From the IMG/VR virus record IMGVR_UViG_3300033995_001164, positions 124,001 through 188,000 of that record: a stretch of DNA of 64,000 nt; one strand, 5' to 3'. This document shows, piece after piece, positions 37,359 to 47,508 of the stretch. The notes below the pieces were generated by a model. That model was not told the origin of the DNA, did not search any database, and saw only the letters and a list, made by a program, of their open reading frames with translations. Positions within the stretch are counted from its first letter, which is position 1. Each line of letters opens with the position of its first letter. The position numbers were made by a program, and so were the translations under genes.

Positions 37359-40094
37359 TTAATAAATTTTAGTAAGTGTAAAATTTCTTGAAAATATTTG
37401 ATTTCCTGCATTATTGGTATTCCATTGGACATTCACTGATAATGTGTTGATTATTGTGGTGTCGAATGTTGTATTATTAATCTCACTTAACGGATATCCT
37501 TCATAGGTAAGTCCAGAATCTTTAAGGTAGGAGAATAGTCCACCGGATGATATTGAAGCAACGGTGGTTCCTCCGATTTGTCTTATTGTGAAATATAAAG
37601 TCAACAACCAAGGTCTTGAGGTTGAGGTATCCAAATCTATTACTCCTGTGTCAATGAGTAATGCACCACCAGTTGTTCTAACGTGAACATGGATTGTTGC
37701 AGTGTTAATACAAGATAAAATACCATCGAATGATGCCTGAAACGAATCACCTACTTTGAAACCATTTGCTGGAACAGACAAAGTTCCAACTCCTGGTCCC
37801 ATTACACTAGTCTCGACAGTGGTCGCTGATACCGTAGCACTATCACCTGTTTGAGCAAATAAACCATATGCCGTTGGGTATGGAGAAACGGGTGCAGTTA
37901 CCAACAACCCATTTGAACCAACACAAACTGAACTCCCTGAGGAACCTGTAAAACTACAAATAGATAAATCATTTACAAATGTTGTACAAGCTCTGTTTGC
38001 TGTGATATTACTACCAATTATATTAGTATGGGTAAATGCGGATGATATGGTATTACACATTCCCCCAAGAATTGACGAACAAGAAGAACAAACTCTATTT
38101 CCAAAACCACCACCTATTGTTGAATGAGAACCAGAGGCAGTATTATACGAACCACCACCAATTGTTGAACAAAAACCAGAAGCAAGATTGAAAAACCCAC
38201 CGCCAACTGTTGAATAACCATTTGAAGTGCAATTACTATAACCACCTCCAATTGTTGACCAATTTCCAAGTGATGAATTATTCTTTCCTCCACCAATTGT
38301 TGAACAATCACCATAAGCGGTATTTAGATACCCACCACCAATTGTTGAACTATTACCAGAAGAAGTATTACGATAACCACCACCAATTGTTGAATAATCA
38401 CCTAAAGCAAGATTAGAACTACCCCCACCAATTGTTGAGTAAGTACAAGAAGCGGTATTACCACGACCTCCACCAATTGTTGAAGTACCAGAAGCAGTGT
38501 TATCACGACCACCTCCAATTGTTGAATAATTATTTGAAGAAGTATTATACGAACCGCCGCCAACGGTTGAAAGATACCCAGTTGCAGTATTGTCACGACC
38601 CCCACCTATTGTTGAATAACATCCAGAAGCGATATTACTTAGACCTCCTCCAATTGTTGATGTAGCACCTGTTGCTGAATTATAAGAACCTCCACCAATG
38701 AATGATGAAAAACCTAATGCACAATTACCTCTACCACCACCAATTGTTGAACTAGCTCCTGTTGCACAGTTTCTAAATCCACCTCCAATTGTCGATAGTC
38801 TACCAGCATTACAACAAACAATTGTCCCTGATAATATACCTGTATACATATCAAATGTTCCACCTGAAGTATTGTGTCCAATACCACCACCAATTGTAAC
38901 GCCTAATGAACAATATTCGTTTATTGGTGATTGAATTATATTTCTTTGTCCACCGGCAATAACCGAATATCTTGAATTTGTAATGTTACAACGACCACCA
39001 CCAATTGTTGAAGTATTACCGGAAGCAGTATTAGAATAACCACCACCAACTGTTGAATTAAGTCCTGTAGCATTATTATAAGAACCACCACCAATTGTTG
39101 ATTGGTAACCTAATGCAATAATATTACTTCTACCACCACCAATTGTTGAATAATCACCATTAGCAATATTAGAACCGCCACCACCAATTGTTGAGCAATT
39201 TCCAGATGCGATGTTGCGATAACCACCGCCAATAGACGACAATCCAGAAGCAATGTTATTAAAACCTCCGGCAACTGTTGAAGGGCCTAAAGAAGCGGTG
39301 TTTCCACCCCCACCACCAACTGTTGAATAAGTACCTGACACATTATTACATCTACCTCCTCCAATCGATGTCCAAGTACCTGAAGCAACATTAGTTTGAC
39401 CACCACCAATTGTTGAGCAATTTCCAGATGAGATGTTGCGATAACCACCGCCAATAGACGACAATCCAGAGGCGGTATTAAAAAGACCACCACCAACTGA
39501 TGAAGTACTGGAAGAAGTGTTCCTACCCCCTCCACCAACTGTTGAATAACATCCATAAGCATTATTACAATAACCACCACCAATTGTTGAACAATCTCCA
39601 GAAGCAATGTTATGATAACCACCTCCAATTGTTGAGCCACTACCCAAAGTGGTGTTGTTATAACCACCCCCAATTGTTGAACTACTACAATAAGTAATAT
39701 TGCTAAAACCACCCCCGATTGTTGTTGTATGTCCGGAAGCGGTGTTCCCTTGACCACCCCCGATTGTAGAATTAACCCCATAAGCACTATTTAAAGCTCC
39801 ACCACCAATTTTTGCAAACACATTTGTTGCTTTATTATCTTTACCACCACCAATTGTACTATAAAAACCTGTCGATGTATTAGTACCTGAAATAGGTTCG
39901 ATTCCGGTTGGTGTTGAACTATTAAATCTAAATGGTGAATTAACACTACTTCCTGAAAATTGTTCGGTTAATGAGGAAAAATATATTGAATTTGTAATTC
40001 CTGATGATTCTACATCATAATTAACAATCACCATTAAAGACGATGGTTGTCCTGATATTGCTAATGGTAATTGAGATATTGGTAAATTAGGCAT
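37359..40094 (-). CDS. Fibre/adhesin with about 39 (S/T)TIGGGxxN repeats (YadA-head-like beta-roll)
   Basis: 911 aa; N-terminus MPNLPISQLP, repeat period about 15 aa, globular C-terminus. Confidence 0.75.
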   Translation of the reverse strand: MPNLPISQLPLAISGQPSSLMVIVNYDVESSGITNSIYFSSLTEQFSGSSVNSPFRFNSSTPTGIEPISGTNTSTGFYSTIGGGKDNKATNVFAKIGGGALNSAYGVNSTIGGGQGNTASGHTTTIGGGFSNITYCSSSTIGGGYNNTTLGSGSTIGGGYHNIASGDCSTIGGGYCNNAYGCYSTVGGGGRNTSSSTSSVGGGLFNTASGLSSIGGGYRNISSGNCSTIGGGQTNVASGTWTSIGGGRCNNVSGTYSTVGGGGGNTASLGPSTVAGGFNNIASGLSSIGGGYRNIASGNCSTIGGGGSNIANGDYSTIGGGRSNIIALGYQSTIGGGSYNNATGLNSTVGGGYSNTASGNTSTIGGGRCNITNSRYSVIAGGQRNIIQSPINEYCSLGVTIGGGIGHNTSGGTFDMYTGILSGTIVCCNAGRLSTIGGGFRNCATGASSTIGGGRGNCALGFSSFIGGGSYNSATGATSTIGGGLSNIASGCYSTIGGGRDNTATGYLSTVGGGSYNTSSNNYSTIGGGRDNTASGTSTIGGGRGNTASCTYSTIGGGSSNLALGDYSTIGGGYRNTSSGNSSTIGGGYLNTAYGDCSTIGGGKNNSSLGNWSTIGGGYSNCTSNGYSTVGGGFFNLASGFCSTIGGGSYNTASGSHSTIGGGFGNRVCSSCSSILGGMCNTISSAFTHTNIIGSNITANRACTTFVNDLSICSFTGSSGSSVCVGSNGLLVTAPVSPYPTAYGLFAQTGDSATVSATTVETSVMGPGVGTLSVPANGFKVGDSFQASFDGILSCINTATIHVHVRTTGGALLIDTGVIDLDTSTSRPWLLTLYFTIRQIGGTTVASISSGGLFSYLKDSGLTYEGYPLSEINNTTFDTTIINTLSVNVQWNTNNAGNQIFSRNFTLTKIY
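38090..39860 (-). repeat. Coding tandem repeat, unit about 45 bp
   Basis: Recurring CCACCAATTGTTGA on the + strand; 68-bp duplicate with one mismatch at 39181-39248 and 39403-39470. Confidence 0.9.
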
Positions 40095-40095
40095 A

Positions 40096-42474
40096 TTAAT
40101 AAGTTATTATTATTTTATTTAAATCTTCTTGTAATAAATACGCAAGATTTTCTTGTAATAAGAAATTTGTGTCTTCAATCGGTGTATTTGTCGGTGTAGG
40201 TGTAGGTGTTTCAGTATTTGTATTTGTCGGTGTAGGTGTAGGTGTTTCAGTATTTGTAGGCGTTGGAGTAGTCGTTGGAGTAGGTGTAGGTGTTTCAGTA
40301 TTTGTAGGCGTTGGAGTAGGCGTTGGAGTAGGTGTTGGAGTTTCAGTATTTGTTGGCGTTGGAGTAGGTGTTGGAGTTTCAGTATTTGTTGGCGTTGGAG
40401 TAGTCGTTGGAGTTTCAGTATTTGTTGGCGTTGGAGTAGTCGTTGGAGTAGTCGTTGGAGTTTCAGTATTTGTTGGCGTAGGTGTTGGAGTTTCGGTATT
40501 TGTAGGCGTTGGAGTATTCGTTGGAGTTTCAGTATTTGTGGGTGTTGGTGTGGGTGTTGGTGTAGGAGTTGGTGTAGGTTCAATTAATTCATAGTATAAA
40601 TCATTTGATGGTATGGTGATTCTACAGTTCAAACAATTAGGGTCTAATAAATTATATTTTAATTTTAATAAATTAAAATTGTGTTTTATTTGGGAGGTAT
40701 TTAATGGTTCGGTATACATTCTAAATGAACTAATATCTCCAATCATACTTCCCCCAAATATTTCTTCTAATCTAATATTAGTTGTTAAACCGGAATATTC
40801 TGTGTGTGTGAGGTCGTTAGTTGTAAGGCATTCGGGGTCTTGTTGGTAAACCATTTCTTCTAAATTTGGTGGGCATCCACCTGAGAATGTTAAATTATCG
40901 TGAAGACCTTGGGTTCCACCCCCCAATGAAATATTATAACCAACACCGATTTGTTTTTCTTTTGGGGTGTTAAGTAATCTTGGAATGATTTCCTCAAAGT
41001 TTTCGGCAACCATAAACAACTTACCATTAACATAGAACTTCATAGTTCCTAGTCTATATTTCTCTTCTGCTGTCCAATTATCATTAAATGTTACTACTTC
41101 GGTAGTTGCCGGGTCATAAGTTTCTTGATGAGTAATTGGAGGTTCAATTAGACTAATACTATTATTAGCGGTAGTTGCGGTATAAATTTCTTTAACTATT
41201 AATCCAAGACCTCCTTTGATATTTAAATCACAAGTATCTAACCATTCATATCTTTGAAATACTGCATCAATCTGAACCCAATGTTCCACATTTGAATAAG
41301 TTGTCCCACTACAATCATCAAAAATACCTCTTGTTGAGCACCATTCGGTCACCGATGTTCCAGTAGTATATGTAATTCCTGTAACACAAGTTCCAGTTGT
41401 CTCACATCCACCTGTAATTCTATAGGTTTTAACACATAGTTTAGGACTTCCGGTGTCACCACTTAATCTCAACGATAATGCGTTTGATACTCCGTCATAT
41501 AATGGGTCTGTTTCAGGATACTGTGCCGATACACCACAAGAACAAGGACATCCACAACTACAATTGTATGAAGTACCACCAGATTGTTGATAAACTTTTA
41601 AACAATCATGAGGGTCACTGCCTAATAAACCACACGCACAAGTGTCCATACAAGTTAAACCTGAGGTAACTCTTGTATATCCTGAATCTTGAATTGGGGA
41701 ACCGTCAGGGTAATGGTAGAATTTATTTTCAGCCCTTGCACCCATATAAAAGAAAGTTCCTTTGTTATTTGGGTATCGAGAATTTAATCCAACCGAAGTG
41801 TCGCCCGTCCATCTATATCTTAACATAATTTCCGTACTCCAACCTAAACTTGGTCTTTGTGGAAAAATTTGATAATCATATCCCGCAATTTTATAAAATC
41901 CTTGGAAGAATCCTCCATTTAATTTCGCAACATATCCTACATCTCCACCATCATTACTATAAGATAAATCATATGAATATGAATTATCATTCCACAATCT
42001 ATTTTCAGAAGTTGTAAATCCTGTAATAGGGTGCATTTTCATTCTCCTATCGTACTTGTATCTACTAAATTTGTCTGATTGTGAAATATAAAGACCTGTA
42101 TTGATTTGAATTGTCTCTCCGGACATATTTTTTACAAGACCATTATCAATACCTGTTAATCCAACATCACATAAATCAGTAATAATTGGACAAAGATTTG
42201 GGTCAGTATTAGTGGGGTTCCAATAGTTTTCAGATACAATGGTGTCATAATTAAAGGTACAGGCACTTATTGGACATAATGTTGTTCCTGAACTATTAAA
42301 ATCAAACTTAAATGGCATTCTGTTACCATCTAATTCCCCTATTAATAAAGGTGAAAATACAACCTCTTGGTCGTAGTCTTTTTCGTCTGAAGCAAGACAA
42401 ATGTCCGTGATTTCATTCGCCGGTTTTAGACCCCATCGTCTAAAATTATACTGATTAATGTTTTGATATGCCAT
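40096..42474 (-). CDS. LamG/ConA-like virion protein with C-terminal mucin-like PT tract
   Basis: FYVNGKL and [22 protein letters not shown] (LamG-like), then about 135 aa of PTPTNTET repeats. Start moved to ATG 42474, which follows TATTTAT. Confidence 0.75.
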   Translation of the reverse strand: MAYQNINQYNFRRWGLKPANEITDICLASDEKDYDQEVVFSPLLIGELDGNRMPFKFDFNSSGTTLCPISACTFNYDTIVSENYWNPTNTDPNLCPIITDLCDVGLTGIDNGLVKNMSGETIQINTGLYISQSDKFSRYKYDRRMKMHPITGFTTSENRLWNDNSYSYDLSYSNDGGDVGYVAKLNGGFFQGFYKIAGYDYQIFPQRPSLGWSTEIMLRYRWTGDTSVGLNSRYPNNKGTFFYMGARAENKFYHYPDGSPIQDSGYTRVTSGLTCMDTCACGLLGSDPHDCLKVYQQSGGTSYNCSCGCPCSCGVSAQYPETDPLYDGVSNALSLRLSGDTGSPKLCVKTYRITGGCETTGTCVTGITYTTGTSVTEWCSTRGIFDDCSGTTYSNVEHWVQIDAVFQRYEWLDTCDLNIKGGLGLIVKEIYTATTANNSISLIEPPITHQETYDPATTEVVTFNDNWTAEEKYRLGTMKFYVNGKLFMVAENFEEIIPRLLNTPKEKQIGVGYNISLGGGTQGLHDNLTFSGGCPPNLEEMVYQQDPECLTTNDLTHTEYSGLTTNIRLEEIFGGSMIGDISSFRMYTEPLNTSQIKHNFNLLKLKYNLLDPNCLNCRITIPSNDLYYELIEPTPTPTPTPTPTPTNTETPTNTPTPTNTETPTPTPTNTETPTTTPTTTPTPTNTETPTTTPTPTNTETPTPTPTPTNTETPTPTPTPTPTPTNTETPTPTPTTTPTPTNTETPTPTPTNTNTETPTPTPTNTPIEDTNFLLQENLAYLLQEDLNKIIITY
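40170..40580 (-). repeat. Coding tandem repeat ([10 protein letters not shown])n
   Basis: GGTGTTGGAGTTTCAGTATTTGT-type units on the + strand. Confidence 0.9.
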
Positions 42475-42483
42475 ATACAATTG

Positions 42484-42510
42484 ATAAATACCTTGGTTCA
42501 TAGTATTTAT
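42484..42510. promoter_or_regulatory. Back-to-back TATTTAT motifs at a divergent junction (candidate late promoters)
   Basis: ATAAATA at 42484-42490 (minus, before ATG 42474) and TATTTAT at 42504-42510 (plus, before ATG 42526); the same motif precedes about 15 starts in the window. Confidence 0.55.
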
Positions 42511-42525
42511 AGTTAAAAAGAACAG

Positions 42526-43338
42526 ATGATTTCCGTAGATAAAGAATTTTATTCGTCACCATATTATTTTCTCCTTCGTGATAAAGGAGACAAATATTCA
42601 TTATATTTCTCAGTAGAGGAAACTTTAACTGAATCTCGTAAAAAAGATGAGGTAATTCATTTCGATAAAAAGAAAGGAAAAAAAGTTAAAAATCATTTAG
42701 AAAAAGTGGCAAAAGAAAAAAAAGTTAAGTCAACCAAAACATTAAAAACTGATTTGGAAGAATTAGTAAATGCCGATGGGGCTATGTCAAATTCATCAAT
42801 TCCAATCCTTGACCCAAAACTCCATCCAAAGAAAACTATGGACCAGACAATATCCATGGCTCGTATAACTAATGACCCGATTGCTCGTGGTTATAGAACT
42901 TATTATGGGGAATCAGTTGAAGAAATTGAAGAAATTGACATGTCAGGAGCGTTCGGATACGAAGAAACCGAAGATATGGATGGTGAAGAAACTTTTGAAT
43001 ATTTGGTTAAAGATATGGGAATGGAACCGGAAGAAGCCAAAGAAAGAACAAAACAAAAAGGACAAGACCCATCAGGAAAAAAAGATAAAAAGTCGGCATA
43101 TTATAAAGACCCAAATTTTATCACAAGAGCAACCCTATCTGAGATTCAAAAACAAAAGGCGATTAAAGTTGTTGAAGATTTATTAGTTAAGAAAAAATCA
43201 TCTGATAGTAGAGACGTAAATAAAAAAGATTTAGAAACCTCAAGAATGTTAAAAAGAAATTTAACGGTTTTGAAAAGACAAGCCGAAAAAGAAGGTATTT
43301 CAGTTTCTGATTTAATTAAAATGTTAAAAAGTGAATAA
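42526..43338 (+). CDS. Hypothetical charged protein
   Basis: 270 aa ORF with TATTTAT at 42504. Confidence 0.8.
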   Translation: MISVDKEFYSSPYYFLLRDKGDKYSLYFSVEETLTESRKKDEVIHFDKKKGKKVKNHLEKVAKEKKVKSTKTLKTDLEELVNADGAMSNSSIPILDPKLHPKKTMDQTISMARITNDPIARGYRTYYGESVEEIEEIDMSGAFGYEETEDMDGEETFEYLVKDMGMEPEEAKERTKQKGQDPSGKKDKKSAYYKDPNFITRATLSEIQKQKAIKVVEDLLVKKKSSDSRDVNKKDLETSRMLKRNLTVLKRQAEKEGISVSDLIKMLKSE

Positions 43339-43807
43339 AGACCTATACAATTCATCCAAAGGTGAAATCGAATTCCCAAAAGACAAACAGGAACATATGA
43401 GAAAATGTTTCTCCATTGTTAAAGGAGCTGACGAAAATACTGAAGGTTTTAATCGAAATAAGGAGTTACAACATCAAAATTTCATAGAATACAAACAATT
43501 AAAAAGAATTAAAAACTTCTTTGATAATTTCATAGGTAATCAAAATGAACCTTCATTTATTTTAAATGGTGGTGCCATTATGAAAAATTGGGTTAATGAT
43601 GAATTAAGAAAAATGAGGGAATTTGGAGATTTAACTAAAAGAAATAAGATGGATACGGGAATGCAAAATTCTTATATCAAACCTCACGAGAAAAAAGACT
43701 TTACAAATGTAAGAAAATCTCAAGAACATTCTAAAACTGTTGAACGATATGACGAAGCGGTTACGAATACCTTGAAAAGAATAAATGAAATAATGTTAAA
43801 ATTATAA
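43331..43807 (+). CDS. Hypothetical protein
   Basis: 158 aa; overlaps the upstream stop. Confidence 0.8.
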   Translation: MNKDLYNSSKGEIEFPKDKQEHMRKCFSIVKGADENTEGFNRNKELQHQNFIEYKQLKRIKNFFDNFIGNQNEPSFILNGGAIMKNWVNDELRKMREFGDLTKRNKMDTGMQNSYIKPHEKKDFTNVRKSQEHSKTVERYDEAVTNTLKRINEIMLKL

Positions 43808-43809
43808 TT

Positions 43810-44109
43810 ATGGCTAACGAAATAACAATCGATTTATCACAAAATGTTGAAAACAACCTAACAGCAATTGCTGAAATGGAGAGAGCTAAATTAATACCTA
43901 AAAACGATTACAATGCGGCGGGTAATGAATATTCCTCAGTGAATAGAGATGCCGTTGCGGATGGTGATAATAAAGGTAGAGGGACAGGAGTATTTCTTGA
44001 TGTTTATAATACGGCAGCAGGAACATCAACGGATGTAGTTGAAAGAAAAAGTGAAATTAAAATAAACAAGTTCAATGCTTCTAATACTTATCCGAATTTT
44101 CAACTATAA
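43810..44109 (+). CDS. Hypothetical protein
   Basis: 99 aa; abuts both neighbours. Confidence 0.75.
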   Translation: MANEITIDLSQNVENNLTAIAEMERAKLIPKNDYNAAGNEYSSVNRDAVADGDNKGRGTGVFLDVYNTAAGTSTDVVERKSEIKINKFNASNTYPNFQL

Positions 44110-44768
44110 TGAAATTACAAGAATCCCTTAAAGGTTTAATCTTAGAAATTGCTTCTATTGAAAGTGTCGTGGACTCAATCAAAAGAAAACAAGTTATTGT
44201 TTTATATTACACCGGTGACGCTCCGGGTGGAGATGGTTTAAGAACCATTGAGCCTGTATGTCTTGGGGTTAGTAAAGCAGGTAATAAAGTTTTACGGGCT
44301 TGGGATTATGAAGGAGCCTCACATACGGCAACATTAGGTACCCAACCATTACCGGGATGGAGACTTTTTAGATTAGATAAAATAACCTCATACAAACCAA
44401 ATGGACAAGTCTTTAATGAAATGAGACCAAACTTTAATCCAAATGGAGATAAAAGTATGGTGTCTATAATAACCTTAGCGAATTTTGGGCAACCAGCACA
44501 ACCATCAATAATCCCACGAGAGTTACAACAACCTCAACAAACACCTGAAACACCACAAGTAAATACTGATGAAATCATTAATAAAACAATTGATTCATTA
44601 ACAACAGAATTTACACAAAAATACGGTGAAGGAGGATTTGACTTATCTAAATCAGCTGAAGCTTTCAAACGAATCTACTCGGCAATAGAGTCAGAAACCG
44701 GAAATCGATTAACTGATACCGAAAGAACAACATTAAGAACAACAATAACAAACAAATTACAAAAATAA
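44109..44768 (+). CDS. WYL-domain protein
   Basis: 219 aa; IVLYY...RTIEPVCLG...VLRAWD...WRLFRLDKI WYL core, then a Q/P linker and helical tail. Confidence 0.7.
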   Translation: MKLQESLKGLILEIASIESVVDSIKRKQVIVLYYTGDAPGGDGLRTIEPVCLGVSKAGNKVLRAWDYEGASHTATLGTQPLPGWRLFRLDKITSYKPNGQVFNEMRPNFNPNGDKSMVSIITLANFGQPAQPSIIPRELQQPQQTPETPQVNTDEIINKTIDSLTTEFTQKYGEGGFDLSKSAEAFKRIYSAIESETGNRLTDTERTTLRTTITNKLQK

Positions 44769-44829
44769 TTTTAACCTTATAGTGACAAAATAATAATATC
44801 GGTTATGATTAAATTAAAATTAAAAACTT

Positions 44830-45459
44830 ATGAGTGATTTAATGCAAAAATTAGCAATGTCAAATGCTAAAACCCTTATGGGCCAAACAGATAGTCCAAA
44901 AAGAATGGATTCATCTCGTCAATCAATGGTTCAAGAATTTGAAGTCCCAAATATTAAATATAATATACCTCAAGAGTACTTACAAGAAAATCCACAACAA
45001 TCTTCACAACCGTATCTATCATCATTACCGGTAGAAAATACTAAACCTGTTGGTGTTCCAACAGTTGACGCTATTAAAAATTCAAAATTACCGGATGAAA
45101 TTAAAAAATTAATGATGGAACATCCAATTGGTCAACCCGCACAACAACAAACAATGACTATGTCAAATGAGTTGATTGAAAAGTCGAGAAGATTAATGGG
45201 TAATTCAGACGCAGGATACTTACCTGAATCCGCAAGACCAAAAACAGTACCACAACAATCACAACCCCAATCACAACCATCAAACACAGGAATTGATTAT
45301 AAATTAATTCAAAAAATGATTAATGAGGCAGTAACCAAATCATTAAGAGAAAATGGGTTAATTGCTGAAAGTTCTGAAAAATCTAATGAAGTGTTTAGTT
45401 TTAAAGTTGGAAAACACATATTCGAGGGTAAAGTAACAAAAATTAAAAAATTAGCATAA
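44830..45459 (+). CDS. Hypothetical Q/P/S-rich protein
   Basis: 209 aa ORF followed by a terminator. Confidence 0.8.
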   Translation: MSDLMQKLAMSNAKTLMGQTDSPKRMDSSRQSMVQEFEVPNIKYNIPQEYLQENPQQSSQPYLSSLPVENTKPVGVPTVDAIKNSKLPDEIKKLMMEHPIGQPAQQQTMTMSNELIEKSRRLMGNSDAGYLPESARPKTVPQQSQPQSQPSNTGIDYKLIQKMINEAVTKSLRENGLIAESSEKSNEVFSFKVGKHIFEGKVTKIKKLA

Positions 45460-45477
45460 GAAACTAAAATAATTTAG

Positions 45478-45500
45478 AGCCCACTTTTGTGGGTTTTTTT
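45478..45500 (+). terminator. Intrinsic terminator
   Basis: AGCCCAC-TTTT-GTGGGTT followed by a T run. Confidence 0.7.
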
Positions 45501-45544
45501 ATATAAAAAATGTTCCGTCTGACAGAACGAAATATTTATAAAAT

Positions 45545-46306
45545 ATGGATACTAAAATTAAAAATAAGATAATTAAAGAATATCTAAAAGGTAAGGGTTC
45601 TACAACAATTGAGAGGGAATTAAAAGTTTCAAAAAAAACAATATTATTAATTCTTAACAATGAAGGTATTGTTAGAAAAAGAGATAGATGCAATTCTTTA
45701 AATATTGTGAAATCCGAAAATTATTTTATAGTTAATCGAATATGCCCTATATGCAACAAAAATGTTGAAACTAAATCAATAGATAGGGCAATTGCCTGTA
45801 GGAACCATTATAGAAAAATTAATAATAATACTCCTTGTAAGACATGTTCTATAAAATTACAAACAGGTGAGGGAAATCCATTTTACGGAAAAAAACACAC
45901 AAAAGAATCTCTTAATAAATTGTCAAAAACATTATCGGACAACCCAAGAAAATTTAGTTCATCGTCAAAACCCGAAAAACAAATTGAAAAAATTATTAAA
46001 GGTCTTGGGTATGAGGTTAAGAGAACATATAAAGTCAATGAATATATTTGTGATATCTACATACCTAAATTTAATCTAATAATTGAATATAATGGGGATT
46101 ATTGGCATTGTAATCCAAATAAATATGATTCTAATTATGTCCACCCTCATAAGAAAAAACCCTCATCTCAAATATGGTGTGAGGATAAAATAAGAATTGA
46201 CAACATCATTGATTATGATTATAATTTGGAAGTGGTTTGGGAATCTAATTTTAATGAAAAAACCACAATTCAAAATATAATTAAAAAATATGAAACAAAA
46301 AATTAA
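45545..46306 (+). mobile_element. Free-standing Vsr/DUF559-like homing endonuclease with NUMOD3 motif
   Basis: 253 aa; GEGNPFYGKKHTKES (NUMOD3); KPEKQI...CDIYI...IIEYNGDYWH...DKIR...VVWES. Confidence 0.8.
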
Positions 46307-47507
46307 TGTTGTAGTAATACCCAGCGATAAAAGTGGAGTTGGAAAATTTCGTTCTGTTGACCCTCATGTCTTTCTTCAAAATCTTTATAAAGATGAATTT
46401 CATATCGATATCGTCTATGACCCACCATACGATGATATGAACTTTTGGAAACAATATCAAATAGTTTCATACCATAGGAGTATTGGAGCAGATTTTGAAA
46501 GAGCAAACGCCCTTATCAGAATTTTAAACTCCATGGGTATTGTTACTGTTTGTGATATTGACGATTATTGGATGCCGGGTAAAGAACACCCAATTCACGA
46601 TATTATTAAATTTAATAAAATAAATGAAAAAATTGTCGAGAATCTTAAGGTTTCAAAATACGTTACAACAACAACAACTTTATTTGCGGATGAAATTAAA
46701 AAAATAAATAAAAATGTTTTTGTAATCCCCAACGCGATAAATCCAAATGAACCACAATTTAAAGAACCAACATTAGAGTCAGATAGATTGAGAATTGGTT
46801 GGTTAGGCGGTTCATCTCACTTACATGATTTAGATATTTTAAATCCATCATTTGGTAAATTAGCACAACACAAAGATAAATTACAATATGTTCTTTGTGG
46901 ATTTGATGTTAGGGGAACTGTCACAGAAATCAATTCTCAAACAGGGGAGCACGTAAAAAGAGATATTAGACCGGAAGAAACAGTTTGGGCTCAATATGAA
47001 AAGATTTTTACACAGAATTACGGAAATATTTCTGAAGAATACAAAAAACATTTAGTAAATTATAATACTAATTCGTTTCCGGATGAAATGACTGAATCAT
47101 ACTTAAGAGTTTGGACTAAACCAGTTACATCTTATGCTAAGAATTATTCAAAATTTGATGTATCTTTGTCTCCAATTAAGAATCATATGTTTAATAGAAT
47201 GAAATCTCAATTAAAAGTTATTGAGGCGGGATTCTATAAAAAGGCGTTAATCGCGTCTAACATTGGACCATACACTCTTGATTTGAAACATTGTTTAAAA
47301 AATGGGGAATTTGTTGATGGAAATGCGATGTTAGTTGATGAGGTTAGAAACCATTCTGATTGGGCAAAATGTATTGAAAAACTGATGAAGAACCCTAATT
47401 TAGTTAAAGATATGGGGGAAAGATTATATGAAACCGTTAAAGACAGATACGATTTGAATATAGTAACAAAAGATAGAAGAGATTTTTACTTAAGCATTAT
47501 TAAATAA
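46290..47507 (+). CDS. GT-B (GT4-like) glycosyltransferase
   Basis: 405 aa; RIGWLGGSSH, FDVSLSPI...KSQLKVIEAG...LIASNIGPY. Confidence 0.8.
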   Translation: MKQKINVVVIPSDKSGVGKFRSVDPHVFLQNLYKDEFHIDIVYDPPYDDMNFWKQYQIVSYHRSIGADFERANALIRILNSMGIVTVCDIDDYWMPGKEHPIHDIIKFNKINEKIVENLKVSKYVTTTTTLFADEIKKINKNVFVIPNAINPNEPQFKEPTLESDRLRIGWLGGSSHLHDLDILNPSFGKLAQHKDKLQYVLCGFDVRGTVTEINSQTGEHVKRDIRPEETVWAQYEKIFTQNYGNISEEYKKHLVNYNTNSFPDEMTESYLRVWTKPVTSYAKNYSKFDVSLSPIKNHMFNRMKSQLKVIEAGFYKKALIASNIGPYTLDLKHCLKNGEFVDGNAMLVDEVRNHSDWAKCIEKLMKNPNLVKDMGERLYETVKDRYDLNIVTKDRRDFYLSIIK

Positions 47508-47508
47508 T

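Noticed and set aside
38114-39787. Several alternative-frame ORFs in the Gly-repeat gene, and a possible CRISPR-like array
   Set aside because: The repeats are degenerate, in frame and about 45 bp with no unique spacers; they are protein-coding repeats, not CRISPR.
40119-40594. ORFs 40169..40594 (+, Val/Gly repeat) and 40119..40583 (-, Gln/Leu repeat)
   Set aside because: Shadow frames of the PTPTNTET coding repeat; they stay open only because the repeat lacks stop codons.
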